Source of the DNA: an uncultured Candidatus Saccharibacteria bacterium
GTDB lineage: Bacteria; Patescibacteriota; Minisyncoccia; Phycocordibacterales; Phycocordibacteraceae
DNA: 64,000 bases
NCBI GenBank assembly: GCA_964550425.1
Contig: CAZJZB010000002.1
Coordinates: 1,626 to 65,625, forward strand
Direction of reading: 5' to 3'
The position numbers and the translations under genes were made by a program. The notes under the pieces are model-generated. The model was not told the DNA's origin. It did not search any database and worked only from the letters and a program-made list of their open reading frames with translations. Shown one piece after another: positions 49,683-59,675 of this stretch. How positions within the stretch are numbered: the first letter of the stretch is position 1; the number at the start of each line of letters is the position of its first letter.

Positions 49683-50306
49683 ATGGAACAACTCATCGGA
49701 ATACTCAATTACGGTCTTGGTAACTTAAGTTCGATTTCTCACGCACTTACATCACTTGGCGTTGCTCACGAAATACTCACGTCTCCTAATGCCCTGACGC
49801 GGGTGAGTCATATCATCCTACCGGGCGTTGGGTCATTTAAAGAGGGAATGGCCGGTCTAGAACGTGCAGGCTTTATAGAGCCATTGCGTCAAGCGGTGTT
49901 AATCGGAAAAAAACCACTCCTCGGTATCTGTCTCGGTATGCAGTTACTAGCCGACGTAGGACTCGAGCATGGCGAGCACGCTGGGCTCTCTTTTCTAGCT
50001 GGTCGTGTCGAGCGCATACCCGCGGAAGTACACAAATTACCCCTGCCACACATAGGGTGGAATTCCGTACATTTCTCAGAAGGAAAAAGAATAACAAGAG
50101 GATTGACGCAAGATACTGACTTCTACTTTGTGCACAGTTATCATTTTCTTCCTACTGAAGAAGAAGTTATTGCTGGTGTCACTGAATATGGTATTCAGAT
50201 TGCCGCGATCGTGGAGAAGGGCAATATATTTGGTACGCAATTTCACCCTGAGAAGAGCGGCGAGGAAGGCCTCAAGATTCTTAAGAATTTCTCAGAAATA
50301 GTATAA
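49683..50306 (+). CDS. HisH-like glutamine amidotransferase (WbuY type)
   Basis: PGVG, GICLGMQ, FHPEKS; glycan-locus context. Confidence 0.9.
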   Translation: MEQLIGILNYGLGNLSSISHALTSLGVAHEILTSPNALTRVSHIILPGVGSFKEGMAGLERAGFIEPLRQAVLIGKKPLLGICLGMQLLADVGLEHGEHAGLSFLAGRVERIPAEVHKLPLPHIGWNSVHFSEGKRITRGLTQDTDFYFVHSYHFLPTEEEVIAGVTEYGIQIAAIVEKGNIFGTQFHPEKSGEEGLKILKNFSEIV

Positions 50307-50308
50307 GT

Positions 50309-51127
50309 ATGCTTAAGCCCCGTCTCATACCCGTCCTCCTTTTTAAAAACGGCGTTCTGGTGCGCAGTCAGCATTTCGATTTCTTTCAATCGACCGGCGA
50401 TCCTATAGGACAGGTGGAGCGATTTACACAGTGGAAAGCAGATGAGCTTATCTATCTTGATATTTCGCGCGTTGATATCTACAACGCGCAGGGAACGATG
50501 CAAAATATTGGCTCCACGACCTCGGGCAAGGATACCGGCGCAGCTGCCTCTCACAATTTTATTGAAGTGATACAGGCCGTCGCTCAGAAATGCTTCGTAC
50601 CGCTTACGGTGGGCGGCAAGATACGCACGATAGACGATATCCGGGTACGTCTCAAAAGCGGGGCGGATAAAGTCAGCATTAACAGCATGGCGTTTGAGAA
50701 TCCGGCCTTTATTACTGAAGCGGCACAGGTCTTCGGCAGCCAATGCATCGTCGTCTCTATCGACGTACGGAAATCAGTGAATGGATGGGACGTATATTCG
50801 CACAACGGAGAACGCGCGACTGGACGACAGGCAGTAGCGTGGGCTGTCGAGGCCGCCGAACGTGGAGCAGGCGAGATACTGCTTGGTTCTATAGATTGTG
50901 ATGGAGCGGGAGACGGGTATGACACTGAACTCATAAACGCGGTCGCACACGCCGTTGCAGTGCCAGTTATCGCGCTTGGTGGAGTAGGCACGTTCGAACA
51001 CTTTGTAGAAGGGCTCCATGCGGGTGCAAGCGCGGTCGCTGCCGCTAACATATTCCACTTCACCGAACAAAGCATCATTAATGCGAAACGCTACCTGCAA
51101 CACTCCGGCGTTGCTGTGAGATTATAG
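50309..51127 (+). CDS. HisF-like protein (WbuZ type)
   Basis: GADKV, FGSQC, GAGEI, AAANIFHF. Confidence 0.9.
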   Translation: MLKPRLIPVLLFKNGVLVRSQHFDFFQSTGDPIGQVERFTQWKADELIYLDISRVDIYNAQGTMQNIGSTTSGKDTGAAASHNFIEVIQAVAQKCFVPLTVGGKIRTIDDIRVRLKSGADKVSINSMAFENPAFITEAAQVFGSQCIVVSIDVRKSVNGWDVYSHNGERATGRQAVAWAVEAAERGAGEILLGSIDCDGAGDGYDTELINAVAHAVAVPVIALGGVGTFEHFVEGLHAGASAVAAANIFHFTEQSIINAKRYLQHSGVAVRL

Positions 51128-51147
51128 AGGGGAGTATACTCACGCAT

Positions 51148-52374
51148 ATGACCCGCGCCTCTCCAGAGTTACGTCCGTCAGACATGCCGGCAATGATCTA
51201 TTGCACGCGTTGCACCTACCCAATTATCGCGGTCAATTTAACGATTGGAACGAATGGCGTCTGCAGCGGTTGTCGCGTACATGACGAAAAGGAGGCACTC
51301 GACTGGTCCGCACGCGAGGAAGAATTTAAAAAGCTGCTGTACTCATATCGCACAGACGGCAAGAACTACGATTGCATCATTCCTGTATCCGGCGGCAAGG
51401 ACAGCCATTTTCAGGTTTGGTATATCAAGGAAAAGCTCGGGTTGAATCCGCTTCTCGTGACGTATTACACGCACAACTACACTCCTACCGCTGAGGCAAA
51501 TTTACGCAATATAAGCAAGCATTTTGGCGTCGACCATTATATTTTTACGCCGAGTTACAAGATGATTCAGAAAATGAATCTTGCCGGTTTCGAAATGATG
51601 GGTGACATGAGTTGGCACTTCCATGCTGGCGTGAATACCTTGCCGTTCCAAATGGCAGTGAAGTTCAATGTGCCTCTTGTCATCTACGGCGAGCATGGAT
51701 TTATGGATTTAGCAGGACAATTCCAATTTGCCGATCGGCCGGAGTTTACGGCGCGTTACCGCAAAGAGCATCAGCTGCGCGGATATGATTGGCAAGATTT
51801 TATCGGCAAAGAAGGCCTTACCGAAAAAGACCTACTATGGGCGCAATACCCCTCAGATAAAGAAATAGCTCAAGTGGGGGTGCGCGGTATTTATATGGGT
51901 GTCTATGTCTACTGGGATGCTAACAAGCATGGTAAAAAAGTAGAAGAAGAATTTGGATTTAAACCCAATCCCGAGCCATTTGAGCGCACCTATCGCCGCG
52001 CATCAAATGTGGACGACATCCATGAGAACGGCATCAAGGACTATCTGAAATTTGTTAAGTTCGGCTACGGCCGAGGGACCGACCACACCGCAAAAGATAT
52101 TCGCCTTGGCAGTATGACCCGCGACGAGGGCATCAAGCTCGTGCGCCAGTATGATGCTGTCGTCCCGCGCAAATCACTCGAACATTTCTTGACGATGACC
52201 GGTATGAGTGAAGAAGAGTTTTGGCCGATTACCGACTCCTTCCATGATCCGCGGGTGTGGTGGATACGGGGCGGGGAGTGGTGGAAAGATACACTATGGG
52301 GGACTCCGGAGCCATTTGGCAAGGTCCATTTGTCTCCCGATAAGCAAAAAATGTATCGTCACGTCATAACATAG
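51148..52374 (+). CDS. N-acetyl sugar amidotransferase (WbuX/PseA type, acetamidino-forming)
   Basis: N-terminal CxxC pairs, PP-loop SGGKDS, KFGYGR. Confidence 0.9.
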   Translation: MTRASPELRPSDMPAMIYCTRCTYPIIAVNLTIGTNGVCSGCRVHDEKEALDWSAREEEFKKLLYSYRTDGKNYDCIIPVSGGKDSHFQVWYIKEKLGLNPLLVTYYTHNYTPTAEANLRNISKHFGVDHYIFTPSYKMIQKMNLAGFEMMGDMSWHFHAGVNTLPFQMAVKFNVPLVIYGEHGFMDLAGQFQFADRPEFTARYRKEHQLRGYDWQDFIGKEGLTEKDLLWAQYPSDKEIAQVGVRGIYMGVYVYWDANKHGKKVEEEFGFKPNPEPFERTYRRASNVDDIHENGIKDYLKFVKFGYGRGTDHTAKDIRLGSMTRDEGIKLVRQYDAVVPRKSLEHFLTMTGMSEEEFWPITDSFHDPRVWWIRGGEWWKDTLWGTPEPFGKVHLSPDKQKMYRHVIT

Positions 52375-52375
52375 T

Positions 52376-53056
52376 ATGAATCAGGCACCGATTGTACTCG
52401 TTATTATTCCCATCAAGGAACGCTCAACGCGATTGCCAGGGAAGAATCTCAAAGACCTCTGCGGTAAACCAATGATGGCGTATCCGATTGAGGCGGCAAA
52501 AGGTGCGAAGGGAGTGAGTCGTGTCATCGTCACCACAGAATCAGAGAAGATAAAAGAAATAGCGCTCAAGTACGGAGCGGAGGTACCTTTTTTGCGGCCA
52601 ATGGAGCTCACGGAAGATGCAGTGACTTCACAGCAGGTGTTAGTGCATGCGCTCGATGAGCTCAAGAAACTTGAGGACTACGAACCCGACTATGTACTCC
52701 TCCTTTATCCGACCTCGCCACTTCTCTCGCGAGAGAGAATAGAGCAGGCTATCGCACTCGCCATTGAGAAGAATGCTGATTCAGTTATCAGCGGCCATTA
52801 TGACAAAGGGCATTACTGGCTACCCGAAGGCGATGCATGGAAACGTCTCTACCCGACTAAGCTAGTGAACAGCCAGTACCAGAGGCCTCTTTTTGTAGAA
52901 AATGGGGCCCTCTATATGACACGTGCTTCTATTGTGCGCACTCAGATAGTCGCCAACCAGGCACAAGTGCTTTTGATGAAGCCAGATGAAAACGTGGATG
53001 TGGATTATCCCGAAGATTTCATAAAAGCGGAGTCGATGCTTAAGAACGGGGCATAG
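52376..53056 (+). CDS. CMP-nonulosonate synthetase (NeuA/PseF family)
   Basis: STRLPGKN, PFLRP, PTSPL, ENGALY, DVDYPED. Confidence 0.9.
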   Translation: MNQAPIVLVIIPIKERSTRLPGKNLKDLCGKPMMAYPIEAAKGAKGVSRVIVTTESEKIKEIALKYGAEVPFLRPMELTEDAVTSQQVLVHALDELKKLEDYEPDYVLLLYPTSPLLSRERIEQAIALAIEKNADSVISGHYDKGHYWLPEGDAWKRLYPTKLVNSQYQRPLFVENGALYMTRASIVRTQIVANQAQVLLMKPDENVDVDYPEDFIKAESMLKNGA

Positions 53057-53098
53057 TAGCCTTTAGCATTCTATGCAGGTTATAGTTGTAAACCACCC

Positions 53099-54874
53099 AT
53101 GAAAGTCACGATATTGACGCTCTGGCGTATATTCAATCGTTATCGCTGGCATATCGCTGCGCTTGTTGTGCTAAGTTTCTTGAGCGCCATACTGGAAGGC
53201 ATCGGTATTAACTCCGCTATTCCGCTGATCTCGTTTTTCACTGGCGCAAACAGTGCACCGACCGATGTCATCACGCATGCGATCAAAGCGCTGTTCGATT
53301 TCCTACGTATACCTTTCAGCTTCCGGTATCTCCTCGGCTTCATACTCGGACTCTTCATCCTGCGCGCCGTATCAATGGTGGTATTCGGCTATATCCGTGG
53401 ATGGATAAGTGCCGACTTTCTCGGCAAAGAGAGCGAGGATGTGCTTCGTCGGACGCTCCTGTCGTCGTGGCCTTTTCTTCTGAAACAGAGAATAGGAACC
53501 GTGCACAACACGCTCGTGCGAGACGTCCAGCAAACCTGCGGACTTCTCGGGATTATCGCGCAAGTCGTACAGTCCTTCAGCGGATTCCTGATGTATCTCA
53601 TCGTGGCTGTAAACATTTCGCCAACGATGACGTTCTACACGCTCGGCGGCGGTGCATTCATTCTGCTCATAGTGAGGCCACTTATCCGACGTACGCGGAA
53701 CATCGGAGAACGTGCAGCCGGAGTGGAGAAACAATTCTCGCAATTCCTGAGTGAACACATTATCGGCATGAAGTCCATCAAGGCGGCCGGTGCTGAACGC
53801 GCCGCGCTCGTTGATGGTACCGCGCACATACAAGTATTACGCACGTTCTCGATTCGTCAGGCATTTGTGCAGTCCGTCAGCTCTAGCGTCTTCCAGCCGG
53901 CCATCCTTGTCCTTGTCGTTGTGCTTTTTATACTGACGTATAATTCGCCCGGATTCAACATTATTTCATTCGCAGCGGCACTCTATCTCATTCAAAAGAT
54001 ATTCACGTATCTTGAGTCCGGCCAGAATGCACTCATCGGCATGAGCCAATTCTTGCCGTACGCGCAGAATGTGTACAACTTCAAGAAAATGCTTTCGGAA
54101 CATCGCGAACAGCCGGCGAAAGAAGGGAAGCCGTTCGTTTTCAATAATTCGCTTTCCTTCGACCACGTAACGTTCTCGTATGCCGGATCGCCATCCGTAC
54201 TAAAGGATGTATCATTCTCGATTGCCAAAGGAGAAACCATCGGTCTCATCGGTCCGTCGGGGGCGGGCAAGACCTCCATTGCCGACCTCCTCTTACGTCT
54301 ATTCCGCCCCACCGAGGGCAATGTCTATTTGGACGGACTGTCGGCGGATGATATCAACGTGGCGGAATGGAGGAAGCATTTCGGATATGTTTCCCAGGAC
54401 GTGTTTCTCTTCAACGGCACGATTGAAGAGAATATCCGATTCTATCGCTCCGAACTATCCTTGGACGATATTACCGAAGCGGCAAAACAGGCCAATATCT
54501 ATGACTTCATAATTGGATTGCCGGACGGTTTTCAGACGTTCACCGGTGATAACGGTGTGATGCTCTCGGGAGGTCAGCGCCAACGCATCGTGCTTGCGCG
54601 TGCGCTCGCAGGCAGACCTTCTCTTCTCATTCTTGACGAAGCGACAAGCGCGCTTGATTCGGCTTCGGAGAAGCTCATACAGGAGTCCATCCATAACTTG
54701 CACGGCAACGTGACGGTATGTATCATCGCGCACCGTTTGAGTACCATTGAGCATTCTGATCGCCTGCTTGTTCTTGATCACGGGAAGATTATCGAAGAAG
54801 GTACGCCGAGCGAGCTTCTGGCACGGCCGGATTCCTACTTTTCAAAACATCACGGGTCTCACAAATCGGTATAG
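53099..54874 (+). CDS. ABC exporter (TMD+NBD), PglK/MsbA-like glycan flippase candidate
   Basis: GPSGAGKT, LSGGQRQR, LDEATSALD, AHRLST. Confidence 0.9.
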   Translation: MKVTILTLWRIFNRYRWHIAALVVLSFLSAILEGIGINSAIPLISFFTGANSAPTDVITHAIKALFDFLRIPFSFRYLLGFILGLFILRAVSMVVFGYIRGWISADFLGKESEDVLRRTLLSSWPFLLKQRIGTVHNTLVRDVQQTCGLLGIIAQVVQSFSGFLMYLIVAVNISPTMTFYTLGGGAFILLIVRPLIRRTRNIGERAAGVEKQFSQFLSEHIIGMKSIKAAGAERAALVDGTAHIQVLRTFSIRQAFVQSVSSSVFQPAILVLVVVLFILTYNSPGFNIISFAAALYLIQKIFTYLESGQNALIGMSQFLPYAQNVYNFKKMLSEHREQPAKEGKPFVFNNSLSFDHVTFSYAGSPSVLKDVSFSIAKGETIGLIGPSGAGKTSIADLLLRLFRPTEGNVYLDGLSADDINVAEWRKHFGYVSQDVFLFNGTIEENIRFYRSELSLDDITEAAKQANIYDFIIGLPDGFQTFTGDNGVMLSGGQRQRIVLARALAGRPSLLILDEATSALDSASEKLIQESIHNLHGNVTVCIIAHRLSTIEHSDRLLVLDHGKIIEEGTPSELLARPDSYFSKHHGSHKSV

Positions 54875-54883
54875 AATGCCCGT

Positions 54884-55975
54884 ATGGATAGGAGACAGTA
54901 TCTCACGATAACCGCTGGCATCATGATGTCAGCATTTCTGTTTGTGCCGATAATGGAATTTGTTGATGCCAATGATTACAACATACTTTCTACCGACCCC
55001 ACGACAGGGCTCTATCGATATATACAAAATAGCTCATTCAGGACGACAAGCGATTGTTATGAAAATACGGTAGTAGTCAATAACCTGGGTTTCCACGGAC
55101 CTCAAGTGTCTCCCGAAAAAGGGAAGAACACATTCAGGATTATCTTGATAGGAAGTTCATATGTTTCGGCAATACAAGTTCCTGTAGAAGCTATGTTTTC
55201 AAGGATTCTTGAGGAAAAACTTAATGCTGATCCCAGTCGTCCCTACACCTACGAGGTGATTCCAATCGCGATTGGCGGGCAGAGCAAAATGCTTCTTGAT
55301 ATATTTTATTACCTCAAGTACGGCTCCGTGCTCAATCCCGATCTCGTCATTGATGTTGAGAGTGGTAATGAACTGATTGATGAACACACGATCGATACGT
55401 CCGTTCTAGATGCGCAGGGAAATATCGTGGTACAAACCCCTAAAGGTAGTGAAAGCAAAACAGTCGCCTTTGTTCGTGCAGTAAGTCGAAACTCCAAGTT
55501 TCTTGTAAACCTCTACAATCGAACCCTCATATTTAAGAGCAATCTAGAATCCTTCTTTTCCGCACCATTTGCATCAACAGCACCTCCTCCTCTCGTACCG
55601 GATTCCATTATGGCAAAAAAACATGCAGAAGCAGAACAAGTACTCTGGCAAAACAAAGAAAAAATGTTAAGCACTTTTGCAAAGTATGTAGAAAAAGATG
55701 GCGCGCAATTCCTATATGCGTCATGGACTGGTTCGTGGGTAGCAACTGGAACGGCTGCAGAATTCCCCCAGTATGGGCAGAAAATTGCCGAACGGAATAA
55801 TTTTCATTATGTTGACCTCGTACCGGTGTTCCAATCAGAAGAAGCGGCATCTGGCAGACAAGGTACCTATACGTGTGATACTCACTGGAATAGTGAAGGT
55901 AATCGTTATAGTGCCGACGCTTTCTTTCTATACCTCACGGATCATCCTGTGTTGTTGTCTAGAAAATCACTATGA
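54884..55975 (+). CDS. SGNH/AlgJ-like extracytoplasmic acyltransferase/esterase
   Basis: N-terminal TM, NNLGF, IGSSY, DTHWN. Confidence 0.75.
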   Translation: MDRRQYLTITAGIMMSAFLFVPIMEFVDANDYNILSTDPTTGLYRYIQNSSFRTTSDCYENTVVVNNLGFHGPQVSPEKGKNTFRIILIGSSYVSAIQVPVEAMFSRILEEKLNADPSRPYTYEVIPIAIGGQSKMLLDIFYYLKYGSVLNPDLVIDVESGNELIDEHTIDTSVLDAQGNIVVQTPKGSESKTVAFVRAVSRNSKFLVNLYNRTLIFKSNLESFFSAPFASTAPPPLVPDSIMAKKHAEAEQVLWQNKEKMLSTFAKYVEKDGAQFLYASWTGSWVATGTAAEFPQYGQKIAERNNFHYVDLVPVFQSEEAASGRQGTYTCDTHWNSEGNRYSADAFFLYLTDHPVLLSRKSL

Positions 55976-57450
55976 CCTTTATCTCAATCGCTTTTGTCGT
56001 CTTCTTTGTTGCGATAGTAGTCGCGTACTACGTGTGCCCACAGCGTTATAGATGGGCGCTTCTGCTTGCTGGTAGCTGTTACTTCTACATTGCCTTCGTG
56101 CCTAAGTACATTTTTATCCTCTTTTTTATTATTATTGTCAGCTTCATCCTTGCCAAGCAGGTTGAGCGGAACATTGGGAAGGGGAGGCAAATCCTGTTTA
56201 TCGCGAGTGTAGTTATTATTGCCAGCGTTCTATTTATATTTAAATACTTTAACTTCTTTAACGAAAATGTCGGCGCAATCGCGAGTGTGCTGCATTGGAA
56301 TTATTCAATAGAGTTCCTCTCAATACTCCTCCCGCTCGGGCTCTCATTTCACACGTTCCAGATAATCAGTTATCTCATAGAAGTGTACAGAGGCAAGTAC
56401 CCGGCAGAACAGCATCTCGGGCACTATTCACTCTACGTAATGTTCTTCCCACAGCTTGTCGCAGGTCCCATCGAGAGACCAGCACACTTACTACCGCAAT
56501 TTAAGAGAGCGATCGTTTTTGATAAAAACAACATACTTTCTGGGTTGCGACTCATGGCTTGGGGATTCTTCAAGAAAATAGTTATTGCAGACAGGTTTGC
56601 AGTTTCGGTCAATTATATATACGCGAACATTGCCGATGTCTCTGGGCCGAGCATACTATTTGCAATGCTGGCGTTCTCTCTCCAGCTCTATGCAGATTTC
56701 TCCGGTTATACCGACATAGCACGCGGTAGCGCACGCGTGCTCGGTATTGAGCTTGTTCGCAATTTTGACCAACCCTATTTTTCTCGTTCAGTTGAAGAAT
56801 TCTGGCGCCGCTGGCACATATCCCTTTCATTTTGGTTTCGAGACTACGTGTACCTTCCACTTGTTTGGAAGAGAAGAGAATGGGGCATCTGGTGGATGTA
56901 TTGCGCAATCGTCATTACATTTGTTCTAGTTGGAGCGTGGCACGGAGCTGCATGGACGTATGTCGTTATGGGCATCTTATTTGGTTGTTACATAATCATA
57001 GGTCGTCTTACGAAGTCAATGCGTCAGACATTCGCGGTATGGATCGGCCTCACGCGCACTCCTCGCTTGCACACCTTGGTGCGGACAGCCATAACTTTTG
57101 CACTGGTGAGTGTCGCCTTCGTCTTTTTCCGTTCTCAGGATCTACCGAGCGCGATGTCTTTTTTGAGGCAGATGTTCGCAGGATGGAATATTTCGTTCGA
57201 ACAATTTATAGAAGGATATATCGTTCACCCATTCGCAATGATTGGAATGAAAAACACCGAGTTAGGCATTTCACTCGTCGTTGTGGCAATCCTCTTTTTT
57301 GTTGAAAATCTTGAGCGCCGCGGGTGTCTTAATGAGTTTCTTAGCAGAAAGTCGTTATTTACCCGCTCTGTATTCTACAGTTCTATAGTTCTTGCCATTG
57401 TCCTTCTTGGCATGTTCACCGCCAGCACCTTTATTTACTTTCAGTTTTGA
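55972..57450 (+). CDS. MBOAT acyltransferase (AlgI/PatA/DltB family)
   Basis: PLGLSFHTFQ, FFPQLVAGPIER, DFSGYTD, FWRRWHISL, GAWHG. Confidence 0.93.
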   Translation: MTFISIAFVVFFVAIVVAYYVCPQRYRWALLLAGSCYFYIAFVPKYIFILFFIIIVSFILAKQVERNIGKGRQILFIASVVIIASVLFIFKYFNFFNENVGAIASVLHWNYSIEFLSILLPLGLSFHTFQIISYLIEVYRGKYPAEQHLGHYSLYVMFFPQLVAGPIERPAHLLPQFKRAIVFDKNNILSGLRLMAWGFFKKIVIADRFAVSVNYIYANIADVSGPSILFAMLAFSLQLYADFSGYTDIARGSARVLGIELVRNFDQPYFSRSVEEFWRRWHISLSFWFRDYVYLPLVWKRREWGIWWMYCAIVITFVLVGAWHGAAWTYVVMGILFGCYIIIGRLTKSMRQTFAVWIGLTRTPRLHTLVRTAITFALVSVAFVFFRSQDLPSAMSFLRQMFAGWNISFEQFIEGYIVHPFAMIGMKNTELGISLVVVAILFFVENLERRGCLNEFLSRKSLFTRSVFYSSIVLAIVLLGMFTASTFIYFQF

Positions 57451-57509
57451 GCGGATCGGTTTGTTTGCAAGAATGTGCTATAATTTCTTGTGATATGCAG
57501 TCAGGAGAT

Positions 57510-59675
57510 ATGGCGAAACAGATTGTGAGATGGGTCGCGCTCGGAGCGCTTTTTCTTATTCCGCTCGCGCCGCTTATGGTCGCGAACAGCTATTTTTTCC
57601 CTTTCATCACCGGCAAAGCGTTTTACTTACGCATCCTCATCGAGATAGTGGTTGTCGCGTGGGTGGTACTGGCGCTTCTTGATAAAGAATATCGTCCGCG
57701 CTACTCGCTCATCGGTGCGACAGTTGTCGGTTTCGTTGCTTGGATGTTCGTAGCGGACGTGTTCGCATTGAATGTCGTGAAGGCCTTCTGGAGCAATTTT
57801 GAACGCATGGAGGGTTGGGTGCTTCTTATTCATTTGCTCGGTTTCTTCTTTGCGGCGAGCGCAGTACTACGGGTGGAAAAAAAATGGCGTGCATGGTTCT
57901 TCACATCCCTTGGCGTTGCAGCGGTTATTTCCGGATATGCTCTTCTTCAGATGAACGGCTCTCTTGCGATACATCAGGGCGCAGCGCGCATCGATGCGTC
58001 ACTCGGCAATTCCGCCTATCTTGCGATTTATCTCCTGTTTAATACCTTCATCGCACTCTGGCTCGCCTTAACCTCAAGACACGCATGGGTGAAATGGTTA
58101 CTGATCGCTTTTGCGGTGCTTGAGGCGGTACTTATATTCTTTACCGAAACGCGCGGTACTATCATCGGACTCGCACTCGCACTCGCACTTGCAGCTCTTC
58201 TAACGGCGCTCACGGCGGGGAAACACGCCCGCCGCGCTGCGGCGGGCGCATTCGTTTTTATTCTGATTCTTGTGGGCAGCTTCTATCTTGCACGCAATTC
58301 TGACTTCGTACAAAACAATCACGTTCTGCAGCGCGTCGCCTCTATTTCGCTCAACGATGGCCAGACCCGCTTCACTATTTGGAACATGGCATGGAAAGGG
58401 GCTCTGGAGCGTCCTCTCACCGGCTGGGGACAGGAGGGTTTCAACTACGTTTTCAATAAATACTATGATTCGTCCCTCTATCATCAGGAGCCGTGGTTTG
58501 ACCGCGCGCATAATGCTTTCATCGACTGGCTTTCCGCAGGCGGCATACCGGCATTCCTGCTCTATCTCGCGCTCTATGCTTCTGCCGTAGTACTGCTCTG
58601 GAAGAGTTCAGAACTCTCGAGAAGCGAACGCATTGCTCTCACCGCCGCGCTAATCGGGTACGCCGTCCACAACCTCTTTGTTTTTGACAATCTCTACTCA
58701 TATATATATTTCTTTGTGCTCCTGGCGCTTATCGATTCACAGGTCGCACGGCCTTTCGAGCGACTTGAACAGGCGCCCGAGCTTGATGCTGCGGACGGTA
58801 TGACCTACGCGCTTCCTATCGCTATCGTTGTCGCGGTTACGCTCATCTGGACCGTAAATATTTCCGGGATGCGCACGGCGAAAGGACTCATCACCGCATT
58901 GTCGCCTTCCGCTGCCGGTCTTTCAACTAATTTTGCCGTCTTTGAGAATTTCGCGGCGCACCCACCTCTTCTTGGCATGCAGGAAGTACGGGAACAGATG
59001 GTCGCCTTCGCGGGTAGAGTGGTAGGGAGCCAACAAACGACTAATGAGGATAAACAGCGGGCGGTCTTGCTTGCAATCACCGAGATGCAGAAACAAGTTG
59101 CCGCGTATCCGCTTGACACGCGCGAACATCTCCAGCTCGCGCAAGCATATCGGATAGCTGGCGACAATACTTCGGCACTTAAGGAAATTATGACCGCCGC
59201 AGAACTCTCGCCAGGAAAAGAGGAAATCTGGATTCAGGCGGGCGCGACTGAATGGGATTTGGGCGATGCCGCCGCCGTGCAGAAGAATTTCAATACCGCG
59301 TACGAGCTCGGCCCGCAATTTCCGGACCTAGCCGTGTATGCCGCCGCCGGAAACATCATTGTCGGTGATATTGAGAGGGCCGATCAGATCCTGCTCGCCG
59401 CCTATGGTTCCGAAAGCGTGGACAGCGATGTTCTTGCTGCCGCATACTATCGAACCCAGAATTGGCTCCGCCTCATCGCTCTGTTGAAAGCGCGCACTGA
59501 TAAACCCGATGCAGGGGCTGATGCATGGTTCTCTCTTGCGGCGGCTTATTACAGCATGGGTGATAAGGCGAACGCCGTTACAACGATCAATACCGCTATG
59601 GCGCGGTATCCGGATGCCGCCGCCCAGGGCGCTGCCGCTCTAGAACAGATACAAGGAAAGGCGGCTGGGCAATGA
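57510..59675 (+). CDS. O-antigen ligase (Wzy_C)-like oligosaccharyltransferase with C-terminal TPR-like repeats
   Basis: LGNSAYLA, TETRG, GWGQEGF, DRAHN; AGGAG SD before 57510 (alternative start 57495). Confidence 0.85.
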   Translation: MAKQIVRWVALGALFLIPLAPLMVANSYFFPFITGKAFYLRILIEIVVVAWVVLALLDKEYRPRYSLIGATVVGFVAWMFVADVFALNVVKAFWSNFERMEGWVLLIHLLGFFFAASAVLRVEKKWRAWFFTSLGVAAVISGYALLQMNGSLAIHQGAARIDASLGNSAYLAIYLLFNTFIALWLALTSRHAWVKWLLIAFAVLEAVLIFFTETRGTIIGLALALALAALLTALTAGKHARRAAAGAFVFILILVGSFYLARNSDFVQNNHVLQRVASISLNDGQTRFTIWNMAWKGALERPLTGWGQEGFNYVFNKYYDSSLYHQEPWFDRAHNAFIDWLSAGGIPAFLLYLALYASAVVLLWKSSELSRSERIALTAALIGYAVHNLFVFDNLYSYIYFFVLLALIDSQVARPFERLEQAPELDAADGMTYALPIAIVVAVTLIWTVNISGMRTAKGLITALSPSAAGLSTNFAVFENFAAHPPLLGMQEVREQMVAFAGRVVGSQQTTNEDKQRAVLLAITEMQKQVAAYPLDTREHLQLAQAYRIAGDNTSALKEIMTAAELSPGKEEIWIQAGATEWDLGDAAAVQKNFNTAYELGPQFPDLAVYAAAGNIIVGDIERADQILLAAYGSESVDSDVLAAAYYRTQNWLRLIALLKARTDKPDAGADAWFSLAAAYYSMGDKANAVTTINTAMARYPDAAAQGAAALEQIQGKAAGQ

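Noticed and set aside
49683-51127. Histidine biosynthesis hisH/hisF
   Set aside because: No other his genes; adjacency to a WbuX-type amidotransferase indicates the ammonia-supply paralogues of glycan loci.
58169-58192. (ACTCGC)3-ACTTGC hexamer repeat
   Set aside because: It encodes LALALALA in a TM helix; in frame and short.
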